The notes under the pieces are model-generated. The model had not been told where the DNA came from. It did no database searches and saw nothing but the letters and a program-made list of their open reading frames with translations. Of a stretch of 64,000 nt of DNA, positions 62,301 to 64,000 are shown in pieces (positions within the stretch are counted from its first letter, which is position 1; every line of letters starts with the position of its first letter). Source of the stretch: Eledone cirrhosa (taxonomy: Eukaryota); contig CAXHJY010000096.1 of the NCBI GenBank assembly GCA_964016885.1, positions 2,854,892 through 2,918,891 of the forward strand, in the 5' to 3' direction. The position numbers were made by a program, and so were the translations under genes.

Positions 62301-64000
62301 CAAGGGGAGATAATTTCCCGCCAGCCAAGGTAAGATAATTTTTAAAAAAATCAGGCGGAGATTGTAAAAAAAATCAGAGGGGAGATAATTTGTAAAAAAA
62401 TCAGGGGGAGATAATTTGTAAAAAAAAATCAGGGGGAGATAATTTGTAAAAAATAATCAGGGGGAGATAATTTGTAAAAAAAAATCAAGGGGAGATAATT
62501 TCCAGCCGTCCAAGGGGAGATAATTTCCCGCCAGCCAAGGGAAGATAATATTTAAAAAAATTAGGCGGAGATAATTTGTAAAAAAAATCAGGGGGAGATA
62601 ATTTGTAAAAAAATCAGGGGGAGATAATTTGTAAAAAAAATCAGGGGGAGATAATTTGTAAAAAAAATCATGGGGAGATAATTTGTAAAAAAAAATCAGG
62701 GGTAGATAATTTGTAAAAAAAAATCAGGGGGAGATAATTTGTAAAAAAAAATCAGGGGGAGATAATTTGTAAAAAAAATCAAGGGGAGATAATTTCCAGC
62801 CGTCCAAGGGGAGATAATTTTCAGCCGTCCAAGAAGAGGTAATTTCTAGCCGTCCAAGGGGAGATAATTTCCAGCCGTCCAAGGGGAGGTAATTTCCAGC
62901 CGTCCAAGGGGAGATAATTTTTTAAAAAAAATCAGGCGGAGATAATTTGTAAAAAAAATCAAGGGGAGATACTTTGCAGCCGTCCAAGGGGAGATAATTT
63001 TCAGTCGTCCAAGGAGAGGTAATTTCTAGCCGTCCAAGGGGAGATAATTTCCAGCCGTCCAAGGGGAGATAATTTCCAGCCGTCCAAGGGGAGATAATTT
63101 TTTTTTAAAAATCAGGCGGAGATAATTTGTAAAAAAAATCAGGGGGAGATAATTTGTAAACAAAATCAGGGGGAGATAATTTGTAAAAAAAAATCAGGGG
63201 GAGATAATTTGTAAAAAAAATCAAGGAGAGATAATTTCCAGCCGTCCAAGGGAAGATAATTTCCAGCCGTCCAAGGAGACATATTTTCCAGCCGTCCAAG
63301 GCGAGGTAATTTCTAGCCGTCCAAGGGGAGATAAATTCCAGCCTCCAAGGGGAGATAATTTCCAGCCAGCCAAGGGGAGATAATTTGTAAAAAAATCAGG
63401 GGGAGATAATTTGTAAAAAATATCAGGGAGATAATTTGTAAAAAAAAATCAGGGGGAGATAATTTGTAAAAAAAATCAGGGGGAGATAATTTGTAAAAAA
63501 AAATCAGGGGGAGATAATTTGTAAAAAAAATCAAGGGGAGATAATTTCCAGCCGTCCAAGGGGAGATAATTTTCAGCCGTCCAAGGAGAGGTAATTTCTA
63601 GCCGTCCGAGGAGAGATAATTTCCAGCCGTCCAAGGGGAGATAATTTCCAGCCGTCCAAGGGGAGATAATTTCCAGCCGTCCAAGGAGACATATTTTCCA
63701 GCCGTCCAAGGAGAGGTAATTTCTAGCCGTCCAAGGGGAGATAAATTCCAGCCTCCAAGGGGAGATAATTTCCAGCCAGCCAAGGGGAAATAATTTGTAA
63801 AAAAATCAGGGGGAGATAATTTGCAAAAAAAATCAGGGGGAGATAATTTGTAAAAAAAATCAGGGGGAGATAATTTGTAAAAAATAATCAGGGGGAGATA
63901 ATTTCCAGCCGTCCAAGGGGAGATAATTTAAAAAAAAATCAGGCGGAGATAATTTGTAAAAAAAAATCAGGGGGAGATAATTTGTAAAAAAAAATCAGGG
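59330..64000 (+). repeat. ~3.9 kb-offset repeat at window end (about 59.3-60.1 kb vs 63.2-64.0 kb)
   Basis: ORF twins 59407/63313, 59570/63476 and 59692/63598 are all offset 3906. Both carry TCTAGCCGTCCGAGGAG. Confidence 0.75.

Larger units (their letters stand above)
1..64000 (+). repeat. Composite tandem satellite array of two monomers sharing the core GGGGAGATAATTT: type A GGGGAGATAATTTGT(A)7-11TCAG and type B GGGGAGATAATTTCCAGCCGTCCAA; extends beyond both window edges
   Basis: Every line of the window parses into these two monomers or point/indel variants of them, head-to-tail in one orientation. No unique sequence was seen. Confidence 0.99.

Noticed and set aside
278-63783. About 200 minus-strand ORFs of 60-206 aa (e.g. 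KLSPLGRLEIISPWTAGNYLPLDGW, FFYKLSPPD, IFFTNYLPL repeats)
   Set aside because: They are translations of the 25-bp and 27-bp monomers and overlap in several frames. Most start at TTG, and they shift frame with A-tract length. The strand bias arises because the + strand core carries TAA while the minus-strand B monomer has no stop. There is no sign of frame preservation.
1-64000. CRISPR-like layout (constant core plus spacer)
   Set aside because: The core is only 13 bp, the spacers are 12-17 bp and of just two recurring types rather than unique, and there is no leader or cas gene.
1-64000. Telomerase-made long telomeric repeat (25-bp G-rich units as in some yeasts) or reverse-transcriptase concatemer product
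   Set aside because: Variants are inherited in multi-kb duplicated blocks, which points to DNA-level recombination rather than repeated copying of one RNA template. It matches no telomere motif I recognise. A subtelomeric location cannot be excluded.
1-64000. Sequencing artefact or low-complexity noise
   Set aside because: Specific SNP haplotypes and homopolymer lengths are reproduced across copies tens of kb apart, which random error would not produce. Copy number and order still need read validation.

Overview
The whole 64 kb window is one uninterrupted, single-orientation tandem satellite array of roughly 2,400 short monomers (estimate: 64 kb / ~26 bp). I found no genes, RNA genes, mobile elements or unique sequence. 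Two monomer types share a 13-bp core, GGGGAGATAATTT. Type A is core+GT(A)7-11TCAG (26-30 bp, mostly 27-28). Type B is core+CCAGCCGTCCAA (25 bp). A and B occur in alternating runs joined by stereotyped junction monomers. Diagnostic variant monomers define modules that are reshuffled into nested duplications with offsets of about 0.5, 2.0, 3.0-3.1, 3.9-4.1, 7.0, 9.0, 10.4, 11.0, 19.7 and 28.7 kb. All ORFs in the track are minus-strand translations of the repeat and are judged spurious. The array looks like eukaryotic heterochromatic, centromeric or subtelomeric satellite (inference); I cannot assign the organism or a named family. I see no protein-based system here. The most unusual signals are the two-letter shared-core grammar, a length-conserving sliding T(n)A(14-n) boundary at junction monomers, conserved A-tract length barcodes, and a homogeneous centre flanked by more variant-rich zones. 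Duplication boundaries are approximate because they were read by eye.
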